The notes below the pieces were generated by a model. It ran no database searches. It was not told the origin of the DNA and saw only the letters and a program-made list of their open reading frames with translations. From contig JAWLHY010000001.1 of assembly GCA_041690135.1 (NCBI GenBank), positions 704,001-768,000 on the forward strand: a DNA stretch of 64,000 nucleotides, read 5' to 3'. The position numbers and the translations under genes are program-made. Positions 1 to 8,837 of the stretch are shown one piece after another; position 1 is the stretch's first letter, and every line of letters starts with the position of its first letter. The stretch comes from Armatimonadota bacterium. Lineage in GTDB: Bacteria; Armatimonadota; SYMT01.

Positions 1-69
1 AGGCCAGGTAGGGTAATGGATTGCGTTTCATCGGGAGCACTCCCGGCTGCGCCTGAGTGGCAGCCTGTT

Positions 70-1149
70 TCAGTGGGCCGGCTTTGGTGGCTTGGACCGT
101 GCCTCCCCCTGGGGGCTTTTAGGGACAGCACGCTTCAGGCTCGTAGGGCGGACCTCGGAAATGTCGTAGGAAAAGCGGAGCTTCACGGAAGCGTTCGGAG
201 CAGATGTTCCCACGGCAAGTCCAGTTTCATCGACCGGAACACACCTTACTATACCTTCGTTATCGCCGCTGAGTTGCGCGGACACCACCCTTCCCCGGCT
301 CACGTCGAAGCGAACCGTACCGCGGTAGCTCAGTCGAGAGGGAGGCAAGCCCGGATCAGTTTGCGCCCGGCCACGTGCAACAACCGATATCACCGCAACC
401 TGGCTGCCATTCCGCTTCTCCACGGCTTTTAGTGTGTAGGCGGTGACCAGAACAACCGCCGGATCGGCGTTAGGGTCCGGCTCGCCGGTGGGCAGTGTGG
501 GGACACTGCGCGTGCCCCAGGTTTGACCGACTTTGACCTCGCGGTCGGGAAATGCCACTAACGGTGCGAGCAGTTCGCTCACCAACGGGTTTGCCGCAGG
601 AGGGTAACCCGGCGCAAGCGTGGCGTGACCGTGCGGGTTGCGGAGCACGATCATGGGAGAGTTCAACCTCCGCACATCCTGAATGCCGGCGGAAAGTCCC
701 GTGGCGCCTGGGGAGAAGTGCGCGGCGTCCACCAGGGCGCCATTTACCCGGATGGAAGGCTGATTCCCCACCGCTTTCAACTGGATACGACCGTCGGGGT
801 ATGTTTGGTCCGTGCTGAAGCTATCCAGTTGGAGTCGCGTGGCGCCCACTCCGTCTTTCACCTGCAATACCTCCTCGCGAATGATCATCTCGAAGGTGCC
901 CCCGCCTTCCGTCACCCGCTCCTCTCCCGCGTATTGAATGACCGCCCGCAGTTTGGCGACCTTCCGGAGCTTCAGGACTTGCTTCGGCCGGTACTTGTAC
1001 GTGAGCCGGACCCCTTGAGCGGCTATCGCCGAGTCGCCCGGAACGGCGCACGGCAAGCTGAGTAATAGCAGGTAGGGAAGGGCGCGGCGCTGGCCGTTGC
1101 GGAGACTGTGAGGATGGGTAGTGGTGGAAATGACCTTTGAAAGAACCAT
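70..1149 (-). CDS. Hypothetical exported protein, beta-rich (DUF6263-like)
   Basis: 359-aa ORF with a hydrophobic N-terminal segment and an LVAFPDREVKVGQTW motif; start uncertain. Confidence 0.6.
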   Translation of the reverse strand: MVLSKVISTTTHPHSLRNGQRRALPYLLLLSLPCAVPGDSAIAAQGVRLTYKYRPKQVLKLRKVAKLRAVIQYAGEERVTEGGGTFEMIIREEVLQVKDGVGATRLQLDSFSTDQTYPDGRIQLKAVGNQPSIRVNGALVDAAHFSPGATGLSAGIQDVRRLNSPMIVLRNPHGHATLAPGYPPAANPLVSELLAPLVAFPDREVKVGQTWGTRSVPTLPTGEPDPNADPAVVLVTAYTLKAVEKRNGSQVAVISVVARGRAQTDPGLPPSRLSYRGTVRFDVSRGRVVSAQLSGDNEGIVRCVPVDETGLAVGTSAPNASVKLRFSYDISEVRPTSLKRAVPKSPQGEARSKPPKPAH

Positions 1150-1497
1150 TGAAGAGTCGGCGACCGGTAAGAAGGCATCAGGCTACCAGATACCTCAGGT
1201 TGTACTACGCCTCCCGCAACCGTCGGGAAGTGAGGATGGGAGGGGCTTGTTCACCTTGAATGATGGTTCCAGACCACTTTTCCAACAGTCCATTCTTTCT
1301 TTGGAAGATCCTTCGCGCCGGACCCCGCAGCCGGTCCCGGTGCCGCTTCCTACGGAAGTAAGAGAGGCCTCTCCGCGAAACGATTGATCGCGGTTGGGGC
1401 GGCACCGGGTAAGAATAAGCCAGACGTGGACAGCATTTGAGGTCCCCACGACAGACATGGAACGGGACGGCAGTCCGCTTGCTGATCCGCAGGTGCA

Positions 1498-3561
1498 ATG
1501 CAAAACCCTGGTAACCACCGTATCACCATCCTCCTGGTGGAGGACAATCCGGACGACGTGGAGCTATTCCGCGAAACCCTGCGGGGCGCTTCGCTATCCG
1601 CATTTGATCTCGCCCAGGTCGACCAACTCCGGCAGGCGCTGGCGCGGTTGGAAGTCGGCGGCATCGACGTGGTGCTGCTCGACCTGACCCTGCCGGACGG
1701 CGATGGAATCGAAAACCTGCGGCGGCTGCACGCGGCGGCGCCGGAGATCCCGATCATCGTCCTTACCGGCTGCGACGATGAAGAGCTAGCCCTTGCGGCG
1801 ATGCGAGCGGGCGCCCAGGACTACCTGGTGAAGAGCCAACTCGAAGGGCCGCTGCTGGCACGGGCGGTGCGATACGCCATCGAGCGCAAGCGGGCGGAGG
1901 ACGCGCTCCGCGAGCGGGAAGTACGTTTGCGCCTGCTGACTGAACACGTGCCGGCCGTGTTGTGGACCACGGACGGCAACCTGTGTCTCACTTCCGTCTC
2001 CGGAGCCGCACTGGCCGACCTGGGTCTCGTGCCTGCCCAGTTGTTAGGGAAGTGCGTGGGAGAGGTCCTGCGCTCGAGCGGTCCCGACAACCCGGTACTG
2101 GCGGCCCACCGGCAGGCGTTGGAAGGGCTGTCGGCCACTTGCGAGCAGCCGTGGGGAGTCAGTATCTACCGAACGAATGTGGAGCCGCTGCGCGACCGGG
2201 GGGGCGCCGTCATCGGCTGTGTCGGCCTGGCGCTGGACGTGACGGATTCGAAACGGATGGAAGACCGCCTCTTCCACCTGGCCAACCACGACCCTCTAAC
2301 GGACCTGTTCAACCGCCGGCGCTTCGAGGAGGAACTGGGAGAGCAACTGAAGCGCGCTCGCATCCACGGGACTGCCGGCGCCGTCTTGTTGATGGACCTC
2401 GACGGCTTCAAAGAGGTGAACGACGGATACGGGCATCCGGTGGGCGATCAGTTGCTGGTACGAGTGGCCGACGAATTGAAGGGGCGGCTGCGCCAGGGCG
2501 ATCTCCTCGCCCGGCTGGGCGGCGACGAGTTTGCCGTACTGCTGCCCCACGCCAGTCAGGAACAGGCCCACGCCGTGGCCGGCCGCCTGGTCGGCAGTGT
2601 CCGCCGAGCGCAGTTGGCGGTGAGCGGTCGCACGGTCAACGTGACGGCCAGCCTGGGTATCGTCTACTACCCGGAGCACGGGGCGACCGTCGAGGAGTTG
2701 ATGAGCCATGCGGACATGGCGCTCTACCGGGCGAAAGATGCGGGCGGCGACCGGCTCCACGCCTACGCTCCCGAAGTGAGCGAAGGCCACCCCGGCGGGC
2801 CTTCGTGGGCGGTCCGGATTCGCGAGGCCCTGGCCCAGGAGCTCCTGCGTCTCTACGCCCGGCCGGTGGTGGATCTCCGCAACGGCGACGTGGCCCTCTA
2901 CAGCCTCTCCCCGCGCCTGGTGAATGGCGTGGAGGCTGATCGTCCCGGTGCCTTGCAGCGGTACGCGGAGCGCGCCGGCTTGACCGGGGAGATCGACCGG
3001 TGGGTCGTGCGGGAAGCCCTGCGGCTCCTGGCCCGGCGGCGAGAGCGAGAGAAAGAGCTGCGCCTGCACGTGAGCCTCTCCGGCAGCGCGCTGGCGGACC
3101 CGCAGATCCTCGACCTGATCCGGCAGGATCTCGGTGGGGAAGGGCTGGACCCCTCTCGCCTGGTGGTGGAGATTCCGGAGGCCGCCGTGCTCCACGATCC
3201 GGAGCGCGCCCGGAAGTTCGTCGAGACGCTCGATGACCTGGGCTGCGGGGTGGGGGTGGGGGGCGTCCGCCTGGGACTGCCTTCGGTGGACTACCTGAAA
3301 CAGGTGCCCGTCGATTTCTTCCGGTTGGAAGGCGGCCGCATCCGCGACCTGGCCCTCGACCGGGTCGACCAGCACCTGGTCCGGGCGCTGGCCGAAGTTG
3401 CCGCCGTGCTGGGGGCGGAAACCATCGCGGATAGCGTGCAGTACGACCACACCAAGCAGCTCCTTCGCGAGTTGGGGGTCGTCTACGCGCAGGGCCGGGT
3501 GGCCGGGCAGGCGCGTCCCGCCGTCGACCTGCTGGAGCTGGAAGAAGACGAAGGGGAATGA
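1498..3561 (+). CDS. REC-PAS-GGDEF-EAL diguanylate cyclase with degenerate EAL domain
   Basis: LLVEDNPDD/LLDLTLPD receiver, PAS, DPLTDLFNRR, intact GGDEF; EAL and DDFGTG motifs replaced. Confidence 0.92.
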   Translation: MQNPGNHRITILLVEDNPDDVELFRETLRGASLSAFDLAQVDQLRQALARLEVGGIDVVLLDLTLPDGDGIENLRRLHAAAPEIPIIVLTGCDDEELALAAMRAGAQDYLVKSQLEGPLLARAVRYAIERKRAEDALREREVRLRLLTEHVPAVLWTTDGNLCLTSVSGAALADLGLVPAQLLGKCVGEVLRSSGPDNPVLAAHRQALEGLSATCEQPWGVSIYRTNVEPLRDRGGAVIGCVGLALDVTDSKRMEDRLFHLANHDPLTDLFNRRRFEEELGEQLKRARIHGTAGAVLLMDLDGFKEVNDGYGHPVGDQLLVRVADELKGRLRQGDLLARLGGDEFAVLLPHASQEQAHAVAGRLVGSVRRAQLAVSGRTVNVTASLGIVYYPEHGATVEELMSHADMALYRAKDAGGDRLHAYAPEVSEGHPGGPSWAVRIREALAQELLRLYARPVVDLRNGDVALYSLSPRLVNGVEADRPGALQRYAERAGLTGEIDRWVVREALRLLARRREREKELRLHVSLSGSALADPQILDLIRQDLGGEGLDPSRLVVEIPEAAVLHDPERARKFVETLDDLGCGVGVGGVRLGLPSVDYLKQVPVDFFRLEGGRIRDLALDRVDQHLVRALAEVAAVLGAETIADSVQYDHTKQLLRELGVVYAQGRVAGQARPAVDLLELEEDEGE

Positions 3562-3564
3562 AAG

Positions 3565-3672
3565 GCAGATGAGGATAAGGATAAAGATACTGAGACGGTA
3601 GGATTAGGACCAGGATTACGATTGGGATGAGGGACGCAGCCGGACTAAGATGAGGATTATCATCAGGATAAG
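3565..3672 (+). repeat. Degenerate hexamer tract (GATAAG/GATTAG/GATGAG)
   Basis: gaggataaggataaagatac...ggattaggac...gattacgatt; the same motif occurs at ~7538-7580 and, reversed, at 37806-37843. Confidence 0.6.
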
Positions 3673-3744
3673 CACACGAAGACGGACAGTTTGTACCGAG
3701 GACTCGCCGCGGGACAAGGGGTGGCCTTACATGGGGAGGGCCTG

Positions 3745-4464
3745 TTAGCGGGAGAGCGCTGCGCGGAGGAGGCGGATCACCGCTGGGTTTCCATTCTCTT
3801 TCGCGGCGGTCAGGGCGGTGTAGCCCGTGCGCGTCGTCTGGGAGGGATCGGCGCCATGCTCCAACAGCAGCTTCACGAGCGCCTCATTCCCGTCGGAGGC
3901 CGCCAGGATGAGGGGCGTGATGCCCTGTGCGCCCCGGACGTTGGCTTCGGCTCCCGCATCCAACAGTAGCGCCGAGACTTCGGCTTCTCCGTAGACCGTG
4001 GCCCAGACCAGGGGCGTGTTTCCGTCGCCGTCGCGCGCGTGGGGGTCCGCGCCCCGGGTCAGAAGTTCCCGCACGACGCCGGGATCCCTCACGCTCATCA
4101 GCGGCGTCACTCCGGAAGAGCGCTTCGCGTTCGGATCGGCGCCGTGCCGGAGCAGCACCATCGCAATCCGATCCTGCTCCGCCTGCAAAGCATTGAGCAA
4201 CAACGAGCCCCCGACCGGCTCCGGCTGATTCGGGTCAGCACCGATGGCGAGGAACAGCTCCGTTCGGCGAAGATCTCCCTGGCTCACCGCACGGAACAGG
4301 CCGGCGTCACGATAGGCGACCCCGAGCGCCACCAGCACGGCGAGGGCGAAGGCCACCCCCAGCGCCACGCCTCCCGCCACTTCCCACCGCCTGCGTCGCC
4401 GCTCCGGAGAGGCGGGCTGCACGTCCGTGCAGTCTCCTTCCAGAAAGGCAGGGGGAGGGGTCAT
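3745..4464 (-). CDS. Membrane-anchored ankyrin repeat protein
   Basis: TM helix followed by GADPN/GxTPL ankyrin repeats; ATG at 4464 overlaps the upstream stop (ATGA). Confidence 0.88.
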   Translation of the reverse strand: MTPPPAFLEGDCTDVQPASPERRRRRWEVAGGVALGVAFALAVLVALGVAYRDAGLFRAVSQGDLRRTELFLAIGADPNQPEPVGGSLLLNALQAEQDRIAMVLLRHGADPNAKRSSGVTPLMSVRDPGVVRELLTRGADPHARDGDGNTPLVWATVYGEAEVSALLLDAGAEANVRGAQGITPLILAASDGNEALVKLLLEHGADPSQTTRTGYTALTAAKENGNPAVIRLLRAALSR

Positions 4465-4973
4465 GGGGCGGCAGCCGGAGGTGGGGCGATCGCTTCCACC
4501 GGCCCATACACGGAATCCTCGCGAATCCGGTCCCGAATCGTCGCTTCCAGCCATGCCAGGAAACTCGGCGCCACATTCCGCGGCAGCTGGTCCGGCCCCC
4601 GCTCGCGGTCCCAGCAAACGATCGGGCACTCCCCATCGTGCGCGGCCGCCGTATCCAGGCAGTATTCGCCGCCGCGGCCGTCCGGACTGACCGGCACCAG
4701 GGACAGGGGCAGGTTGGGCCTGAGGAGGAGACGGGCGTCCTGCGTGGCCTTCACCACGTGCATGTAGGCCAGTTCCGGCGAGGCGATCCCGTAGATCTGG
4801 ACCGGCCAGAAGCTGTAGCCCAGGACGCGCAAGAACTCCCGATAGCCCGTGGGGAAACTGACCCCTAGCGCCTGCTCGGCGGCGCGGATCTCGGCTTCGG
4901 GAGCGCCCGGCCCCAGTTCTTCCGGAGAGGCTTGCGTGCGGATTTGTTCCAGGAGATCGAGAAACGACGGCAT
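4461..4973 (-). CDS. SMI1/KNR4 (SUKH) family immunity-type protein
   Basis: GAPEAEIRAAEQALGVSFPTGYREFL, DGRGGEYCLD, GECPIV, APSFLAWL motifs. Confidence 0.9.
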   Translation of the reverse strand: MPSFLDLLEQIRTQASPEELGPGAPEAEIRAAEQALGVSFPTGYREFLRVLGYSFWPVQIYGIASPELAYMHVVKATQDARLLLRPNLPLSLVPVSPDGRGGEYCLDTAAAHDGECPIVCWDRERGPDQLPRNVAPSFLAWLEATIRDRIREDSVYGPVEAIAPPPAAAP

Positions 4974-4995
4974 GACTTAACCCCGCGACCCGGCG

Positions 4996-5025
4996 TTGAC
5001 CGGAAATGGCGGTCCGGCCTATAAT
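4996..5025 (+). promoter_or_regulatory. Sigma70 promoter for tRNA-Arg
   Basis: TTGACC-18nt-TATAAT just upstream of the tRNA. Confidence 0.75.
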
Positions 5026-5041
5026 ACCGAAACCAGTATCG

Positions 5042-5114
5042 GCCCTCGTAGCTCAGGGGATAGAGCGCCTCCGTCCTAAGGAGGGCGTCGGGAGTTCGAA
5101 TCTCTCCGAGGGCG
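5042..5114 (+). tRNA. tRNA-Arg(CCT), CCA not encoded
   Basis: Acceptor GCCCTCG/CGAGGGC, D arm GCTC/GAGC, anticodon stem CCTCC/GGAGG around CCT, TTCGAAT loop. Confidence 0.92.
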
Positions 5115-5133
5115 TTCCAACACCATCTTACCC

Positions 5134-5170
5134 AAACCGCCCGGCTGAAGCAGCCGGGCGGTTTGCGTTT
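5134..5170 (+). terminator. Intrinsic terminator
   Basis: AAACCGCCCGGCTG-AAG-CAGCCGGGCGGTTT followed by GCGTTT. Confidence 0.75.
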
Positions 5171-5196
5171 CTGTCACATCCGCAAGGGGCTTGCGG

Positions 5197-5262
5197 GAGT
5201 CCACAGGTGACGCAGCCCCACGGTGCGGGTTGGGTGAGTCCACCGATGACGCAGCCCTACGG
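5197..5262. repeat. Two 27-bp direct repeats, REP-like
   Basis: GAGTCCACAGGTGACGCAGCCCCACGG and GAGTCCACCGATGACGCAGCCCTACGG; the minus strand shows a GTGG/GTAG foot. Confidence 0.55.
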
Positions 5263-5393
5263 CCCGTTTGGGATTGTATAGCTGGGAGGGAAGACGCCGG
5301 TGGGCTGGGGTAACCAATGGCATAGCACGCCGGCCCATACAGGATGGAGAAGATGGAAACAAAAAACGCGCTGCTTACGGGCCGCAGCAATTG

Positions 5394-5433
5394 CAAAACG
5401 CCGTTCGGTTCCATGGAACCGAACGGCGTTTTG
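5394..5433. terminator. Perfect 40-bp palindrome, likely terminator for tRNA-Val
   Basis: CAAAACGCCGTTCGGTTCCATGGAACCGAACGGCGTTTTG equals its own reverse complement. Confidence 0.7.
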
Positions 5434-5471
5434 TTGAAGGACGGAATGGGTGGCATCCACGGAGATGCCGA

Positions 5472-5543
5472 TGGGCGGTACAGGATTTGAACCTGTGACC
5501 TCTTCCGTGTCAAGGAAGCGCTCTCCCCCTGAGCCAACCGCCC
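5472..5543 (-). tRNA. tRNA-Val(GAC), CCA not encoded
   Basis: Reverse complement reads GGGCGGTTGGCTCAGGGGGAGAGCGCTTCCTTGACACGGAAGAGGTCACAGGTTCAAATCCTGTACCGCCCA. Confidence 0.95.
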
Positions 5544-5610
5544 GGAACCTTTGCGCTACCGCCCGGATGGGGTGGGGGACCGCCTTCCGCGCCGGTAGCT
5601 GGCAGGCGGT

Positions 5611-5639
5611 ATTGTAGCGTAAGCGGAGAGCGTTGTAAA
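5611..5639 (-). promoter_or_regulatory. Sigma70 promoter for tRNA-Val
   Basis: TTTACA-17nt-TACAAT on the minus strand. Confidence 0.7.
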
Positions 5640-5716
5640 GGAGTTTGTTGGGGTGGGCATTGGGCATTGGGAGAGAGGAATGCGGGGAAGAGGATGGGCG
5701 GCGCAGCGGTAGTAAG

Positions 5717-5746
5717 TTGACGGGGCCAATCAAGCGCCCTTATAAT
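5717..5746 (+). promoter_or_regulatory. Sigma70 promoter
   Basis: TTGACG-18nt-TATAAT. Confidence 0.7.
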
Positions 5747-5839
5747 TCCCCCATCCCCTTATCCGGCCCCAAGTAATGCTCGTCGTGTCCCGTCCCTCGT
5801 CGTTCCAGGTGGGCGACGGCAGGCCCGGAAAGTAACCCC

Positions 5840-6400
5840 ATGGAAGATGCTGTGGACGCCCTTCCCCGTACCGATGTCGACCTGGAAGCCGAGCTCGAAT
5901 CCCTCCGGGAATGGGTCACCAAGTCTCCGGGCTTGATGAACCACTGTATCTGGCTCGACCTGGAAGAATTCGAAGCCCGAATCGAACAGCTTGTCGCCCA
6001 GCTTCCCAAGGAAGTCCGCCGCGCCCGGCGCATCTGCCGGGAGGAGCAGCGGATCATCCAGGATGCCAAGGACGAGGCCCGGCGCCTGCTGGAAGAGGCC
6101 CGCGCGGAATCGGCCCAGATCGGGTCCGATGCGCGCTCGGAGGCGGATCGGGTGCTGGCGGAAGCGAATGCCGAAGCCGAGCGGCTGGTGGAGGCGAGCG
6201 CCATTCGCCAGCGCGCCCTGGAGCAGGCGGAAGCGACCATTGCCCGCGCCGAGGAATCGGCCGAGGAGATCCGGGAGCAGTCCTACACCTACGCCCGGCA
6301 GGTGATGGACAATATGGTCACCTCGCTGAAGCGCCTGACGACGCAGATCGAACAGGACCGCCGCCAGCTCGAAGCCAGCCAGAACGGCGACGAGGAGTAA
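5840..6400 (+). CDS. Conserved coiled-coil protein (SepIVA/ATP synthase B-like) usually found upstream of DUF177
   Basis: LPKEVRRARRI..E..RII..A..EA pattern, plus gene context. Confidence 0.75.
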   Translation: MEDAVDALPRTDVDLEAELESLREWVTKSPGLMNHCIWLDLEEFEARIEQLVAQLPKEVRRARRICREEQRIIQDAKDEARRLLEEARAESAQIGSDARSEADRVLAEANAEAERLVEASAIRQRALEQAEATIARAEESAEEIREQSYTYARQVMDNMVTSLKRLTTQIEQDRRQLEASQNGDEE

Positions 6401-6411
6401 GGGAGACGTAG

Positions 6412-6951
6412 TTGTGGGTTCTCGTCCGCAACTGCGGCAGCTCTTCGATTAAGTTCGCGCCGATCGGAACGGAGACGCGCCGCTGCTTTTGGGACGGCGA
6501 GGTCGACCGCGTCCGCAACCCGCGAGAGCCGAGAATCCCTCGTCGACGGATCGAGGGACGCGATTCCCGTGGTGGAGCACGTCCCGACGCCGGACTATGC
6601 CGCGGCCGTGCGGTGGCTTGCCTCCTTCATTCCCCACGTCGCGGCGCTCCATCCGGCTTTCCACGCCGCGTTTCACGAGCGCTCCCATCGCCACGCGATC
6701 CCCGAGGAGTTTTACCAGGAGTACGACGTGAGACGATAGGGGGCCTGGGCTTGTTGGCCCTCCGCTTGGATGCGAGCCGTAACGGGCAGAATAACAACGT
6801 GGAGCGAGACGTCAGTGAGCCGGACGCAACGGCGCGGGTGCTGGTGATCCCCACGGATGAAGAGTGGATCATTGCGCGGGAAGCCCGCCAGGTGTTTTCC
6901 CACCCGGGTCGTGAAACCCGGCATTCGGCGACTCTGCACAGGCAGGGTTAG
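6412..6951 (+). pseudogene. ackA: Internally deleted, frameshifted acetate kinase remnant
   Basis: N-terminal VLVRNCGSSSIKF and C-terminal VLVIPTDEEWIIARE; the EEFYQEYDVRR segment is in another frame; ~540 bp versus ~1.2 kb for intact ackA. Confidence 0.75.
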
Positions 6952-6979
6952 CCCTGAGGGTCAAGAAAAGGAGTAGGCG

Positions 6980-7606
6980 ATGTTACTCGACCTTTCGGAA
7001 ATCGTCATGCGGCACGGTATGAAAGTGAGCCTGGATATCGACCAGCCTGCCGTGGAAGATCCGGACCTGGTGTTCGCTTCACCGCTCAAGGGCCGCCTTA
7101 CCTTTGAAAACAGCGGGGATCTGTTGAGCATCATGGGCGAGGTGAAGACGGCGCTCACCATTCCGTGCAGCCGCTGCCTGACGGATGTGCGCGAGCCGAT
7201 CGACCTGGAAGTGGAGGAACGCTTCCCGATCGATGACGTGATCCACCCGAACCGGCCGCCGGCCGAGGACGAGGAGTGGGAAACGCTGGTGAGTTCGGTG
7301 GTCTACCTGGACCAGGGGCGACCGATCCTCGACCTGGACGAACTGCTGCGGCAGTTGATCGTCTCCGAAGTGCCGATCCGAACCCTCTGCGAGGAAGCCT
7401 GTGCCGGGCTTTGTCCCGAGTGCGGCGCCAACCGGAATGAAGCCCCCTGCACCTGCGCCGAAACGCCGCGCAACACGCCGTTGGCGGGGCTGGCGGCCCT
7501 GCTGGAGGTCGATGGCGACGCCGGAAGCGGTGAGGTTGAGGACAAAGATGGGGCTCGGGATAAGGATAAGGATAACGAGAGAGGGGGACGAAAAGTAAAG
7601 GCCTGA
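6980..7606 (+). CDS. DUF177/YceD family protein
   Basis: CSRCL and LCEEACAGLCPECGANRNEAPCTC; RBS AAGGAG. Confidence 0.92.
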   Translation: MLLDLSEIVMRHGMKVSLDIDQPAVEDPDLVFASPLKGRLTFENSGDLLSIMGEVKTALTIPCSRCLTDVREPIDLEVEERFPIDDVIHPNRPPAEDEEWETLVSSVVYLDQGRPILDLDELLRQLIVSEVPIRTLCEEACAGLCPECGANRNEAPCTCAETPRNTPLAGLAALLEVDGDAGSGEVEDKDGARDKDKDNERGGRKVKA

Positions 7607-7665
7607 GGTCAAGTGCAACCGTAGACGCGGTGCGCGGAGAGTTGCCGGCCCCCTCCGGATGATGG

Positions 7666-8082
7666 GTGATGTTGGAACTGCCTTTGCCTTTGGCTAGCCT
7701 CAACGGTGACTCTTCGGTACACGGCGTACGGTTTGCCGCGGGTGTGGCGGAGTGCCTCTGGGAGGATTCGGACGGGACCCCGTATCGGCTGCAGGTGCGT
7801 ACCGATACTCTCTACAGCGAGGCCGACGCGGAACACAGTTCGGTTCACCTGGAGATCGAGGAATTGGCTACTGCCCTGCCGGTTGACGTGGCTTCCGGCC
7901 GCTATCAGGCCCCTCTGGACTTCGGCGGGCAAATGAGACTCGTGCGGGAGGGCCGTCATCTCGCGTTGGGTCGCAGGCAGCAAGAATGGCCCTTCTTGCT
8001 TCGGATTCGCGGGTACCGTCTGCTGCTGGCTTGCCCGGTGCGGACGTTGGAAGATATCACGCTGCGGCCAGGCATGGATTGA
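7666..8082 (+). CDS. Hypothetical protein
   Basis: 138-aa ORF followed by a terminator. Confidence 0.55.
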   Translation: MMLELPLPLASLNGDSSVHGVRFAAGVAECLWEDSDGTPYRLQVRTDTLYSEADAEHSSVHLEIEELATALPVDVASGRYQAPLDFGGQMRLVREGRHLALGRRQQEWPFLLRIRGYRLLLACPVRTLEDITLRPGMD

Positions 8083-8126
8083 GTCAGCGGGAACCGCCGC
8101 GCCGGTTGCTCGCGGAAGTAGGCGAC

Positions 8127-8166
8127 AAGGGCTGCCGTACCAAAAAGGTGCGGCAGCCCTTTTTTT
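8127..8166 (+). terminator. Intrinsic terminator between convergent genes
   Basis: AAGGGCTGCCGTACC...GGTGCGGCAGCCCTT followed by a T run. Confidence 0.8.
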
Positions 8167-8180
8167 CTCTCCGTGCGCTA

Positions 8181-8663
8181 TTACTGCGTGGACGGGGGCG
8201 CGAACCAGCGCTTGATAGATTCCGGATCGTAGTGCATCTCCGCATCGCCCAGCAGGCTCTGGATGTACATGATCTGCCCGTGATGGTGCACCAGATCGAT
8301 CATCCCGAACAGTACGGAGTGTGCGGCCCAGAACTCGCCAAAGGGCGTGGAGATCGGTCGCTCCAGTTCGTCGCCGGCGGCATCCAGGGCGGAAGCATAC
8401 TGTTCCGCCGTCTCTCGGATCATGGTCCGCGCCTCATCGAGCGTGGCCGGGTGGGGTAGGGGATCGGAGACAAAGGTGGCACCCGAGAAGACGTGCATTT
8501 GATTGCGCATCACGCCGGCGACCTCACCAGCAATCTGAAGTGCGCTTTTCGCCTCGGGAGTCGGCTTCCAGTCCAACTTTTCCTCGGAAATCTGCTCAAG
8601 GTTTAACACCAGGCTCTCGGAGGCCCACCGGACCACCCGCGCTACGGCTTTGAGATCGACCAT
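8181..8663 (-). CDS. DinB family protein
   Basis: ISEEKLDWKPT..KSA and DLVHHHGQIMYI; upstream TTGACA-17-CACAAT promoter at ~8736-8764. Confidence 0.85.
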   Translation of the reverse strand: MVDLKAVARVVRWASESLVLNLEQISEEKLDWKPTPEAKSALQIAGEVAGVMRNQMHVFSGATFVSDPLPHPATLDEARTMIRETAEQYASALDAAGDELERPISTPFGEFWAAHSVLFGMIDLVHHHGQIMYIQSLLGDAEMHYDPESIKRWFAPPSTQ

Positions 8664-8837
8664 GGTTCTGGTTCCTTTCGTAATGCGTCCCTACCCGGGG
8701 ATTAGAACTTATGTGTGCGTCCCGGTCCGAGGGTCATTGTGGCGGATCTTCGCCCGGGTGTCAAGCAGCCGGAGCTGAAATAGTGGCGTCGCTGAGGTGA
8801 CGGTGCCCTACGGGGCCGCGCTTCACCCATCACCCGG

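Noticed and set aside
5042-5543. tRNA-anchored prophage or genomic island
   Set aside because: I saw no duplicated tRNA 3' end elsewhere in the window, no adjacent integrase and no phage genes.
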